Source: Thermoplasmatota archaeon (GTDB taxonomy: Archaea; Thermoplasmatota; Penumbrarchaeia; Penumbrarchaeales; Penumbrarchaeaceae). Taken from it: 64,000 nt of DNA. The DNA lies in the NCBI GenBank assembly GCA_029762535.1, contig JARVGK010000014.1, positions 8,750 to 72,749 on the forward strand, in the 5' to 3' direction. The stretch's first letter is position 1. Each line of letters begins with the position of its first letter. Made by a program: the position numbers and the translations under genes. The notes beneath the pieces were generated by a model. The model saw only the letters and a program-made list of their open reading frames with translations. It was not told the origin of the DNA and made no database searches. Positions 39,167 to 48,977 of this stretch are shown here, piece after piece.

Positions 39167-39757
39167 TCAGCGCGCATCGTCCTTCTTCTTCCTTTTGGAG
39201 GACGCCCCCATCTGTGACACCATGCCTGACACCGTCACGGCGATCAAGATAACGACCCCTGCGAGGAAGGCGATCCCGTCGGCCATATGGCCGTGCATGA
39301 GCGTATAGGCACCCCATGCCGTCAGGTAGCCCCCGATAACCGAGGTGGCGACCTTGATCATGGCCTTGTTGAAGATAATGAAAAGAGCAACTGCCGCCAT
39401 GGCGAAGACGAGCGCGGTGACGAAGAGAGCGAGCCCCCCATCGAACAATTCCGAGCCGACCGCCATCCCCGCGGTCCAGGATATCACCGCGAAGGCGATC
39501 CCGAGCATGGTCACTGCGATCCTCACCGCCAGTATGGCACCGATGATGCACCCTATGATGGCCAGCGCTATCGGGACCAACAGGGCGAATATGCCTCCCA
39601 CCATCCCGCCGATCCAGATCCCGGCGATGAGGAAGCATGTCCCAAGGATGAGGGCACCGAAAACGGAGACCACTCCCTTGAACAGAACATATCCTCTGTA
39701 TGCCAGCACAAGGCCCAGGACTATCAGGACGAGGGATACGACCGTTTCCGTCCACAT
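39167..39757 (-). CDS. DUF4203-like membrane protein
   Basis: Gly-rich TM helices; GLVLAYRGYVLFK, ATSVIGGYL. Confidence 0.7.
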   Translation of the reverse strand: MWTETVVSLVLIVLGLVLAYRGYVLFKGVVSVFGALILGTCFLIAGIWIGGMVGGIFALLVPIALAIIGCIIGAILAVRIAVTMLGIAFAVISWTAGMAVGSELFDGGLALFVTALVFAMAAVALFIIFNKAMIKVATSVIGGYLTAWGAYTLMHGHMADGIAFLAGVVILIAVTVSGMVSQMGASSKRKKKDDAR

Positions 39758-39784
39758 GGGTGCAGTAAGGCGCTACGGTTTATT

Positions 39785-42700
39785 TTATATTAACTCCAGG
39801 CCCCAAAGCCCCATGGCAGCGACGCCGAGCGCTGGTGTGTACTCGCCCCCGTTGACGTACCCGGAGACGCTCCATGAGCCGATGCGCTCCAGCCCGCCGT
39901 CGGTTATGGAGAACCCGATCAGGGTTCCATCTCCCTGGAGGAAGAGGCCGCCCTCCATCGGAGCGCTGTAATAGTAACCTTCAAGGGACAGCTTCCTGTA
40001 GCTTTCGGGGATCCCCTCCGAGAGCCGGATGATGGTCAGGGTCGTGGTCGGAACATAGGGTTCGTAGGCCTTCTCCTCCTCCGATGAGGCGCCGGATCCC
40101 TCCGAGGGTTCTGCCCGGTCCTCGTCATCGTCCTCCGGTGGCATCTCGCCGTCAACGGCTACGTCGTCCTCGTAGTAGTAGCCTCCTCTGTACCACCACC
40201 AGCCCCAGCCTTCCGTCATCACGATGACGTCGTCATCGGCGTATATCGGGTAGAGATAACCCGAAAGGGCCGATGAGTCGAGCAGCTTCGGACCGTCGTC
40301 CGTGAGCAGGATGGTGTTCAGGGAGAACCCGTTCTCTTTCTTTGCCTCGTCGTACCAGTATGAGGATGTATAGACGATGCTGAGGTTCGAGGAGGCCCCG
40401 ACGAAGGATCCCCTGACCATGTGATCGGTCACATCTCCGCCTCTTATGAGCTTGAGGGCGGTGGCCTGGTGGTCCATGTACCCGTAGCGGTAGGGGACGT
40501 AGTTCCAGATGCTCGTTGTCAGCAGCATGGCATCCGCGGACCCCATGGCCTTCTCTATGTAGTGCCAGGAGGGGAACGTCTCCTCAGAGACGCTGGGTCC
40601 GGAGGGCGTCCATCTGACGATCCAGGCCTTGAGCCCCTCGTTCTCGTATGTCCAGTAATTGTAGGCATAGGCTATCACCGTGCCGTCGTTAAGGACGAGC
40701 CAGCTAACTGGATCGTAGTAGATGTCGATCGTGGTTGAATCGTCTGAGGGCGACGGTTCGGATCCGTTGGTGTCCGGCGGTGTCTCTCTGTCGTCGTACT
40801 TCTCCTCGGGCAGGTATCCGGGCATATGGATCGCATCGTTTATCCTTATCGAGGCGACGCCTGCCTTTTCTATGTCGTTTGGATCGCTCACGTCGAAGGC
40901 GTGGACCTCCCAGAATATGTCGTCGCCGGATGTCCTTATTCCTTTTATCAGGGCGAGGTCCCCTGCCATGCGGACCTCCTGGAACATGATCCCGTCCACG
41001 TATGTCTCCGACACCACAGCGTAGATGTCCTCCGGATCGACGACCCTGATAAGGGCCCTGTCGGCGCCCCATGTGGGGGAGACAGCGGCGACGATCTTTC
41101 CCTCCCGGACAATCGCATCGGTGTAGTATGATGCGAGGTCTATCACTGCGTCGATGGTGGGGGATTCCGTATCGGAGGTCCCGATCGATATCAGCTGGAG
41201 TTCGGACGTCGCCAGTATCGAATCTCCGCTCATCCTGGTCCTGGTGACCGGGGTGTCGGTCGGGACCGACGTGAGCCTCTTGAGGTTCCCGTTCTCGAGG
41301 TCCACCTGTACCATCTCTATCCTGTTATTGACGCTGTAGCCGTAACCGCCGGTGTAGGAGGTGTACGGGATGAGGACGAGGTCCTCTATCACGGAGAGGG
41401 CCTTGGGATCCCAGTTCGCAGGGGAGTAGGACCAGCCCTCGCCCATGATCACCCTGTCCTCCATCACCGCGTTGTAGGGATCGGTGACGTCGAAGAGGGA
41501 GAGGGCGACCTGCCAGTAGCCGGAGGAGTCATCGACCCCTATGGCTATTATCTTGTATCCTACGACCTCCATGTGCTCGACCCAGCCGGGCATCTCGAGA
41601 ACGTCGCAGAGCTTGGGCGATGTCGGGTCGGAGAGGTCTATGGTGTAGAGAGGGTCCACTGCCCTTGGGAGGTGGATCGCATAGCCCCTGTCCCCCGAGA
41701 ACCTCGTGGACATGAGGGTGCCCGCCTCGTCGATGTCGAGCGATCCGACGACCTTCAGGTCGTCCGGGTCCTTCACCGATATGACGTAGAGGACGGATCC
41801 CCACAGTTCCTTTCCCCAGACCTGGGTGACCACCCTGAGATGCTCTCCGTAGTGGTCCATCTGGTACCTGTCGTTGAGCCATCCGGTGAGTACGATGGAT
41901 CCCCTGATGGAGATCTTCCCGTCGGGGTCCGATATGTCAACGTGGGTGATGCGCGTCCTGGCCTCGTCCATCCCCCACTCGTACCTCGAGAAGAAGATGG
42001 CCGTCTGGCTGACGTGAATGTTCGAGGAGGTGCCGGAGAAGGTCGATCGGTCCACCTCTCCTATCTTTTCCGGGTCCGAGAAGGATATGGAGACCACCTC
42101 GGTCTCGTCCGTGTTCTGTCCGGATCCGGGATCGTCCCCGCTGGAGGAGACAACCGCCGAGGAGACCACCGTATCGTCCTCCCTCTCGGCGACGGCGATC
42201 GTATCGTATCCATAATAGTATGATGGATACATGTTCGATACGAGGTATATGACCTCGCCGACCCTTCTTGAGTCCAGGGGATAGCCGGACAGGGGCACCG
42301 TCTTGACGATGCCGGGTGCGGAGGGATCGAGTATGCTGATTATGTGCAGTGCCCCGCCCGAGTTCATCTGGTCGTATGTCATCATGGGGGTGCCCACGAT
42401 GACGAAGGCGAGGAAATCGACGATGTACATGCTCACGGGGGATCCCCGCATCTGCAATCTGCCCTCTATCTCGGGGTCTGCAGGATCGGAGATGTCCACG
42501 ATGATGAGCCCCATGTACGGGTTCAGTATGTATAGCCTGTCGTCGAGTATCTTGATTATATCGGATTCCTCGAGCTCTCTCTCCTCGTTCCCGGACCTGT
42601 CCTCGCTCATGTCGTCTCCCTGGTCCTTCTCCGCTCCGGTCTGTTCGCCCGCCCCCAGGGCGGGAGTGCCGTCGCCGGAATCGGAGTAGGTGACGTTGTC

Positions 42701-43024
42701 CCCGTCGATGATCGGGTCTGTGTCTATTTGGACCTTGTCCATGGGTCGGGAGGGATCCCAGGTGATCTTGACGTCCTTGGAGTTGTCGGTCTTTTGGGGT
42801 GAGTTGGCTTTGAGGTACTGGACCCATCTATCCTTGGACTCCTGTGTGAGGGATCCGTCCCCGGTCATTGCCGAGATGTCGTCCTCGGGCTCGCCGGGCG
42901 AGTCCAACGCCGCGTATATGATGAGCGCAGCAACGGGGGCGATAATCAGCATCACCCCGACAATGATCTTGAGGGCCGCGGATACGGTCCTCTTTCCGTT
43001 ATCTTCATTGTTCGTGTATGCCAT
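39785..43024 (-). CDS. Membrane-anchored secreted beta-propeller protein (COG4880/Beta_propel type)
   Basis: N-terminal TM; EESDIIK, GWLNDRYQMD, TRFSGDRGY, VDPLYTIDLSDP, LEMPG, LSLFDVTDP. Start taken at ATG 43024 after AGGTG. Confidence 0.85.
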   Translation of the reverse strand: MAYTNNEDNGKRTVSAALKIIVGVMLIIAPVAALIIYAALDSPGEPEDDISAMTGDGSLTQESKDRWVQYLKANSPQKTDNSKDVKITWDPSRPMDKVQIDTDPIIDGDNVTYSDSGDGTPALGAGEQTGAEKDQGDDMSEDRSGNEERELEESDIIKILDDRLYILNPYMGLIIVDISDPADPEIEGRLQMRGSPVSMYIVDFLAFVIVGTPMMTYDQMNSGGALHIISILDPSAPGIVKTVPLSGYPLDSRRVGEVIYLVSNMYPSYYYGYDTIAVAEREDDTVVSSAVVSSSGDDPGSGQNTDETEVVSISFSDPEKIGEVDRSTFSGTSSNIHVSQTAIFFSRYEWGMDEARTRITHVDISDPDGKISIRGSIVLTGWLNDRYQMDHYGEHLRVVTQVWGKELWGSVLYVISVKDPDDLKVVGSLDIDEAGTLMSTRFSGDRGYAIHLPRAVDPLYTIDLSDPTSPKLCDVLEMPGWVEHMEVVGYKIIAIGVDDSSGYWQVALSLFDVTDPYNAVMEDRVIMGEGWSYSPANWDPKALSVIEDLVLIPYTSYTGGYGYSVNNRIEMVQVDLENGNLKRLTSVPTDTPVTRTRMSGDSILATSELQLISIGTSDTESPTIDAVIDLASYYTDAIVREGKIVAAVSPTWGADRALIRVVDPEDIYAVVSETYVDGIMFQEVRMAGDLALIKGIRTSGDDIFWEVHAFDVSDPNDIEKAGVASIRINDAIHMPGYLPEEKYDDRETPPDTNGSEPSPSDDSTTIDIYYDPVSWLVLNDGTVIAYAYNYWTYENEGLKAWIVRWTPSGPSVSEETFPSWHYIEKAMGSADAMLLTTSIWNYVPYRYGYMDHQATALKLIRGGDVTDHMVRGSFVGASSNLSIVYTSSYWYDEAKKENGFSLNTILLTDDGPKLLDSSALSGYLYPIYADDDVIVMTEGWGWWWYRGGYYYEDDVAVDGEMPPEDDDEDRAEPSEGSGASSEEEKAYEPYVPTTTLTIIRLSEGIPESYRKLSLEGYYYSAPMEGGLFLQGDGTLIGFSITDGGLERIGSWSVSGYVNGGEYTPALGVAAMGLWGLELI

Positions 43025-43192
43025 TTTCTGCCCACCTTTGGTATATTGTATGGTTTCCCCTTCCGAGACTATATACTTTACGGTAGGACCGTAGAAAACC
43101 CCAGTGTGGGGATCCGCCATTTAGCATCCATGCCGGGAAACACCCCTTGAGAAAGAGATAAGGTATATATCCATCAAGTCGATAGACGCTCC

Positions 43193-44785
43193 ATGGAGCG
43201 GTCGGGACATAAAGATGGATCCCCATTACAAGAGGGTATCCTCTCCCGCCTTCGGGACAGGGAGTTCCTGGTCCGCATAATACTCCCCGCGCTTCTGATC
43301 CTCGCCATAGCGGCGATCCCCCGCCTCTTCCTGCCGGGGAACACCTTCCTTCCGAACGGCATAGACGAGGGCATTGACATGATGTCAGGCAGGATGGTCT
43401 CGGCCGGATACGAGATATACTCCGAGGTGAACACCGTCCAGGCCCCCGTCATGATAACCCTCTACGGCCTCCTTCATCTGCCCCCTGTTCTCTACAGGGT
43501 CCTATCTGCCCTCGCCTCCCTTGCCGTGATCGCTTTCGTCATGTTCGCGTCCTACCGCGTCGGCGGCCGCAACGGCATGATAGCCGGAGGTGCCTTCGCC
43601 TCGCTGGACGCCCTTTTCATGCAGCAGTCCAGGCTGGCCTCGCTCGACATATTCACGCTGTTCTTCCTCTGTGCCGGTCTGACCCTTTTCCTCATCTACA
43701 GGGACAAGGGTAAGCGCACGCTGCTCGCCGCATCCGGCGTCCTCTTCGCCCTCTCGATCATGACCAAGCTATTCGGCGTGATAGCCGCAGCGGCCATCAT
43801 CGGCGTCATGTGCGCCGAACTCATCTCGACCCGGGGTCCTCTTCGATCCGCGCGCCTTGAGAGATTGCTTCCGGGCGGGAGCAGGTCCAGTAACATGTTC
43901 GCCGACATAGCGGTCTTCTCCGCCGCGATCGCAGGCACCACGCTTCTCATCATGACCCTATTCGGGTTCACAAACGTGGTCCAGGGGATATTCCTCAACC
44001 AGCTGCACCGCCCCAGCGACCCATTCCTGACAAAACTGGCATATCTGGGCGTCTTCGCCCTCTGCAACATCGTCGCCGTCCCCTTCTTCCTCTTCGGGAT
44101 CCCATCGCTCTACCGAAGGAAGGAGGGCATCCTGGTCCTCGTCGGCGCGTCGTATCTCCTATTCCTCATGGTCCAGGGAAAGACCTGGATACACCATTTC
44201 GTGTTCGTATCACCATTCCTTTCGATCAGCGCGGGCATAGGCCTCTCCGTCGTCATGAAGGGACTGCGCTCCATCAGGATCAGTTCCCCCACCGTATCGA
44301 TCAGGTCCGCCCTCGCCCTCATGCTCATACTCTCGGCCTTCCTCGGCGGGTCCATGGCCGTGGTGGTCAGGTATGAAGGCCACCCCATGGACATGAACGA
44401 CTCCGAGATCGTCTCAAGGCTGTCCGGGGAGAACGATTTTGTCATAAGCGGGGATCCGATGACGGCGCTCCTGGCCGAACGACCGACCCCTCCCAATATA
44501 GTGAACCTCGCCTACGTCCAGTACCCGCTGATAACGGACGATCTCCTCAACGAGACCGCGATAGATTACGGCGTCACCGTCGTGGTCATCACCTACAGGC
44601 TTCTGCAGATGGAGGGTTTCATGGATTTCGTGGAAGGGAACTACACCCTTCGTGCGACCTTGACGCTCGATAGCCTCACCCTATCAGACGAATACGAGAT
44701 CAGATACATATACGCCCTTCCCGAGGACGCCCCTCTGAGATATCATCCCCGGTGGGGATCGGCCCTCTCCGAGGCCTTCGCCTGA
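43193..44785 (+). CDS. GT-C fold glycosyltransferase (ArnT/PMT_2 family)
   Basis: First loop DEG, SRLASLD, LSIMTK, many TM segments, C-terminal extracellular domain. Confidence 0.8.
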   Translation: MERSGHKDGSPLQEGILSRLRDREFLVRIILPALLILAIAAIPRLFLPGNTFLPNGIDEGIDMMSGRMVSAGYEIYSEVNTVQAPVMITLYGLLHLPPVLYRVLSALASLAVIAFVMFASYRVGGRNGMIAGGAFASLDALFMQQSRLASLDIFTLFFLCAGLTLFLIYRDKGKRTLLAASGVLFALSIMTKLFGVIAAAAIIGVMCAELISTRGPLRSARLERLLPGGSRSSNMFADIAVFSAAIAGTTLLIMTLFGFTNVVQGIFLNQLHRPSDPFLTKLAYLGVFALCNIVAVPFFLFGIPSLYRRKEGILVLVGASYLLFLMVQGKTWIHHFVFVSPFLSISAGIGLSVVMKGLRSIRISSPTVSIRSALALMLILSAFLGGSMAVVVRYEGHPMDMNDSEIVSRLSGENDFVISGDPMTALLAERPTPPNIVNLAYVQYPLITDDLLNETAIDYGVTVVVITYRLLQMEGFMDFVEGNYTLRATLTLDSLTLSDEYEIRYIYALPEDAPLRYHPRWGSALSEAFA

Positions 44786-45189
44786 TATCGGGCCATCACG
44801 AGCCTACCCTGCTTCACACCCTTAAGAGATAGTATCCTGTCCGAGAGCCCATTGACGTCCCTGACCGCCCCCCTGAGAATGATGACCTCAAGGCAGGTGT
44901 GGTGATCGACGTGGACATGGGTCGTGTAGACGATCATATCCGAGTGGTCGTGCTGCAGGTTCATGAGCTTCTGGGTCAGCTCCCCGATATGATGGTCGTA
45001 GACCATCGTCAGGGACCCTGTGACCTGGAGCCCCGGATCGCCCTGGATCTCATGCTCGAGTATCGCTCTCCTGGCGAGGTCCATCAGCGCCTCCGAGCGG
45101 GACCCGTAACCCTTCTCCTTGAGGACCCTGTCGAAGTCCCCTAGAAGCTCGCTGTCGAAGGATACTCCGAACCTGCTAATCCGCTCCAT
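44743..45189 (-). CDS. nikR: Nickel-responsive regulator
   Basis: RFGVS ribbon-helix-helix, GYGSRSEA, YDHH, QH, THVHVDHHTCLE. Confidence 0.95.
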   Translation of the reverse strand: MERISRFGVSFDSELLGDFDRVLKEKGYGSRSEALMDLARRAILEHEIQGDPGLQVTGSLTMVYDHHIGELTQKLMNLQHDHSDMIVYTTHVHVDHHTCLEVIILRGAVRDVNGLSDRILSLKGVKQGRLVMARYQAKASERADPHRG

Positions 45190-45265
45190 GATCGTCCCGA
45201 GCGGCTAGGGCTCGCCGGATATATATATATGAGTCATGCCTAAAGGTGGCCCGGAGAAATAACCG

Positions 45266-46375
45266 ATGGCAGGCAGGGCGGGGTTCGCTGAGCTCAAGGA
45301 GAAGGTTATCGACGAGCGCCTGTGCACCAGATGCGGCGGATGCGCCGCCTCATGCCCCGTGGGATGCCTCGATATGGGACCCGACGGTGTGGAACTCGTC
45401 GGAGAATGTATCGAGTGCGGTATTTGTTCCAGGATATGCCCCGGCTCCGATGTGGACATATCCGCCCACGAGAGAAGGCTGTTCGGGAGAAAGCATCGAC
45501 CATTGGAAGCCATACAGGGCATCCGCCTGGACAGGGAATGCCTGGTCGCCTCTGATAAGGTGATCTTCAAGCGGGGTTATTTCGGGGGCAGGGTGTCGGC
45601 CCTTCTCATCCATCTACTCGACTCGGGCGAGATGGACGCAGCGCTGCTCACCGATTTCAGCCGGAAGGACGGCGTCCTCTCTACGGGATCCGCCGCGATA
45701 GCGAGGAGCAGGGAGGATGTCCTCTCGTGCGCGGGATCCAAGAACCTGTTCAGCCCTGTGCTGATGCTCCTTCGCAGCGTAAGCGAGGACCCATCCATAA
45801 ACTCCGCCGCCCTGGTCTGCCTCCCATGCCAGGCCCATGCCTTCAGGAACATGGAGACGGACCTTTCGACCCGTCATCTAACGGCCAAGGTCCGGCTCGT
45901 TGTGGGCCTCAACTGCGGCGCCCCCAACGTCGATGAGAGAGGATGGCATCAGGTCATCGGATCCCTCATGGGAATGCCGACCGATGACATATCGAGCATT
46001 GACATCCGGCGGATCAAAGGGGGAAAGCTGAGGATGGAGGCGGTCTCCTTTTCGGGGGACAAAAAGAGAAGGGAGATGACCTTCGCCAGATACTCTCTAA
46101 AAACCCTCTCGCAGGGTGTATGGCCCAGATGTCTGGTGTGCGCCGATTACTCGTGCTATCTCTCCGATATCACCTTCGGCGCCCCGATCGTGAGGACTGA
46201 GGCGGGGCGTAAGGCCCTTCGTTCAGCAAAGAGAGCGGGTGTTCTGAAACGCTCATCCTTGAAGCGCAGGGCCGCCCAGAGGGCCATAGACCTGTACGCT
46301 GGCCACAGGAAGGTCATGGGTTCCAGGGTCCGGATGCTCTTCAGGAGAAAGGGGCAGCGCGTTCGATATCGATGA
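45266..46375 (+). CDS. FrhB/FdhB-family (F420 hydrogenase/dehydrogenase beta-like) Fe-S flavoprotein
   Basis: CTRCGGCAASCP, CIECGICSRICP, GGRVSALL, AGSK, LPCQ, GLNC, CLVCAD..DITFG. Confidence 0.85.
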   Translation: MAGRAGFAELKEKVIDERLCTRCGGCAASCPVGCLDMGPDGVELVGECIECGICSRICPGSDVDISAHERRLFGRKHRPLEAIQGIRLDRECLVASDKVIFKRGYFGGRVSALLIHLLDSGEMDAALLTDFSRKDGVLSTGSAAIARSREDVLSCAGSKNLFSPVLMLLRSVSEDPSINSAALVCLPCQAHAFRNMETDLSTRHLTAKVRLVVGLNCGAPNVDERGWHQVIGSLMGMPTDDISSIDIRRIKGGKLRMEAVSFSGDKKRREMTFARYSLKTLSQGVWPRCLVCADYSCYLSDITFGAPIVRTEAGRKALRSAKRAGVLKRSSLKRRAAQRAIDLYAGHRKVMGSRVRMLFRRKGQRVRYR

Positions 46376-46385
46376 AAAATATAAT

Positions 46386-47216
46386 TTGGCAAGGCGCCTT
46401 ACACCCTGCATGCCCTTCCTGGGAATACCCCCGTCCCGGCTCGACCTGCGTTATGCAAAGGGGAATGTGGAGGTGGGATGCGTCCGCTCCTCCGCGGGAG
46501 TGTCCACCTCCATCATCGTTCGGGAGGGCGGAAGCTCCGCCCTGCTCGACTGCGGGGACGGCCTTCTGATCGACCTCGTTGACATTGCCAGGGCCGCTGC
46601 CCCTGAGGGTCTCGGCGACGACGTGAGAACGGCGATGACCGGGTTCATGGAGGGAATCGACGTCATCCTCCTCAGCCATCATCATTTCGACCACATAGGT
46701 GGCCTGCTTTCACTGCTGTGCTTCCTAGATATGTTGCGGCGCAGGTCCACTCTGACCATTTTGTATCCGAAAGGGTCCGACCAGGTCCCGAGGCAGATCG
46801 AATCCTTCCGGTCCTCGCTCGGAAGGTCCCCGTCCTTCCGGATCCAGGAGCATGCCGTATCCAAGGATGGTTCGATGTCGGTGAACGGATGGGATATCGA
46901 ATGGACAGCGGCCCACCACTGCGAGGTGGACACTGAGGGCCGCGTGGGACGGGAGATCCCGGCCATGTCCTACCGAATTGAGCGCTCCGGGGCAAGTGTC
47001 TTCTATTCGGGGGATACGGGATACGAAGATAGGCTGCGCCTTTTCGCCGCCGGGAGCGATCTGGGCATAGCGGAGGGGACCTATCCCTCCGGGATGCCGG
47101 GGAACGAGGCCCATATGAGCGTGGACGAGGCGAAGAGGATGCTGTCATCCTGCGCCGATCTCTGGATCGTGCACAGGACCGGAGCGTCACATGCCTCGTT
47201 CTCCCGATCCGCATGA
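46386..47216 (+). CDS. MBL-fold metallohydrolase, RNase Z-like
   Basis: LLDCGDG, SHHHFDHIGG, YSGDT, EGT, HMS. Confidence 0.8.
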   Translation: MARRLTPCMPFLGIPPSRLDLRYAKGNVEVGCVRSSAGVSTSIIVREGGSSALLDCGDGLLIDLVDIARAAAPEGLGDDVRTAMTGFMEGIDVILLSHHHFDHIGGLLSLLCFLDMLRRRSTLTILYPKGSDQVPRQIESFRSSLGRSPSFRIQEHAVSKDGSMSVNGWDIEWTAAHHCEVDTEGRVGREIPAMSYRIERSGASVFYSGDTGYEDRLRLFAAGSDLGIAEGTYPSGMPGNEAHMSVDEAKRMLSSCADLWIVHRTGASHASFSRSA

Positions 47217-47276
47217 AGCGTCCAGCCAGCATACTCTCCGAAAGTGATATAAAATCAAGGCCCGATATGGTGCCCT

Positions 47277-48977
47277 ATGGGAGCTATCGATACCGGCAGC
47301 GGGGCCATCAGGTTCGGTATCGGAATGTTCCTCGTTCTGGTGATATCATTTCCCTTCCTGTCCGCCTCGGATACGGCCAAAGCTCCAGGGCCTTCGGAGT
47401 TCGCCTCCCCTTCATCCTTCGAATCCAATTACACCTCGTACATGGACTTCCCGGCCATGGAATCCTACCTCGTATCGCTGACGGAGAGATATCCCGATAT
47501 CAGCAGATTGATCTCGCTGGGTGAGACCCATGAGGGCAGGGACATATGGTGCGTCAAGGTCTCGGACAACGTCATGCAGGACGACGACGGAGGGGCCGAG
47601 TACGAGCCGGACATCCTCCTTGTGGGGGCCCATCACGGCAACGAGTGGATATCGTACGAGGTCCCGCTCTACGTCCTCGCCTACCTCCTCGAGAACTACT
47701 ACGGCGACGACTGCAACGCATCCAAGGCGAAGAACATCGTCGACCATCACGAGCTGTTCATCGTCCCGATGCTCAACCCGGACGGCACCCAGTACTCTCA
47801 TGATACGGGCGACATGTGGCGAAAGAACAGGGAGCCCAATTACATATCGGAGTTCATGCCCTTCGACGCCCCCACGCCCAAGCTCGTCGCGCAATCCTAC
47901 GGAGTGGACCTGAACAGGAACTACGGGTGGATGTGGCATCTGGCAGGGGGATCGAACGCCCTCAACCACCGCGGAGGTTCCTACAGAGGGCCTCCGGACA
48001 ACCGGGACGACGACGGCGATGCGAGGATCCCCGTGAACTGGAGGCCTGGCCACTACCCGCTCGGCCCGGAGGACGGTGTTGACGAGGATCCCTGGGACGG
48101 GATCGACAACGACGGGGACGGCCTCATCGACGAGGACCCTGCCGGAGGTTTTTCGTCGCTCGAGACCATCGCCATGAAGAACCTCGGGGACACCAGGGAA
48201 TTCCCCGTTCTCATAACTTATCATTCATACTCCGAGCTGGTGCTTTGGCCCTGGGGTTGGACCGATGAGCCCGCCCCCGACGCCCCATTGATGTCCCAAT
48301 TGGGCGGCAGGCTCGCCGATCTCAACGGCTATATGCCGATGCAGGGTTACGACCTGTACATGACGACCGGCGAGATGACGGATTGGTTCTACGCGATGTA
48401 CGGAACTCTGGGATACACATTCGAGGTGGGCCGGACGTTTCGGCCAGCCGAGGACCTGATTATAGAGGAATGCAGGAAGAACCTCGAGGCCACGTTATTC
48501 CTTTGCCGTGCCGGATCGAACCCATACATGAGCTACGTTCGATTCGACGACAACTCATCGTCGCTGAGCGTGAGCGGATCCCGTTTCAAGTTCGATCTTT
48601 CGTATATGGACGAGGGATATCCATATGGATGGGACGGAAACGGATGCGAGCTCAGGTACATGCTTCCCGACGGCAGGTGGGACAGCTCTCCCTTGATAGA
48701 GAACGATGACGGTACCTGGAGCGCCTCGGTGGACATTCGCAGGATCGGGGGGGACGCCCCCTTCTACTACAGGATGCTGGACGTCGAGGGCGGCGAGGTG
48801 ACCTATCCGGTATACGCCCCCGAGATGCATCTCAGCCTCGGTTCGACCGGGTCCGACGCGTGGGGGCTGCAGTTCGGCCTGGGTACGCTGATGGTGATGA
48901 TCTTCACCCTTGGGACGATATGGGGCGGTTTCGGGGGCGGTATATTCAAGTCGATGAGGGCAGAGAGGAAGGGGTGA
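47277..48977 (+). CDS. Secreted, membrane-anchored M14 zinc carboxypeptidase
   Basis: HGNE, NPDG, WRKNR, GVDLNRNY, YHSYSE, TFE; signal peptide and C-terminal TM. Confidence 0.92.
   Translation: MGAIDTGSGAIRFGIGMFLVLVISFPFLSASDTAKAPGPSEFASPSSFESNYTSYMDFPAMESYLVSLTERYPDISRLISLGETHEGRDIWCVKVSDNVMQDDDGGAEYEPDILLVGAHHGNEWISYEVPLYVLAYLLENYYGDDCNASKAKNIVDHHELFIVPMLNPDGTQYSHDTGDMWRKNREPNYISEFMPFDAPTPKLVAQSYGVDLNRNYGWMWHLAGGSNALNHRGGSYRGPPDNRDDDGDARIPVNWRPGHYPLGPEDGVDEDPWDGIDNDGDGLIDEDPAGGFSSLETIAMKNLGDTREFPVLITYHSYSELVLWPWGWTDEPAPDAPLMSQLGGRLADLNGYMPMQGYDLYMTTGEMTDWFYAMYGTLGYTFEVGRTFRPAEDLIIEECRKNLEATLFLCRAGSNPYMSYVRFDDNSSSLSVSGSRFKFDLSYMDEGYPYGWDGNGCELRYMLPDGRWDSSPLIENDDGTWSASVDIRRIGGDAPFYYRMLDVEGGEVTYPVYAPEMHLSLGSTGSDAWGLQFGLGTLMVMIFTLGTIWGGFGGGIFKSMRAERKG

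Noticed and set aside
45190-45265. NikR operator
   Set aside because: No convincing spaced inverted repeat was found.
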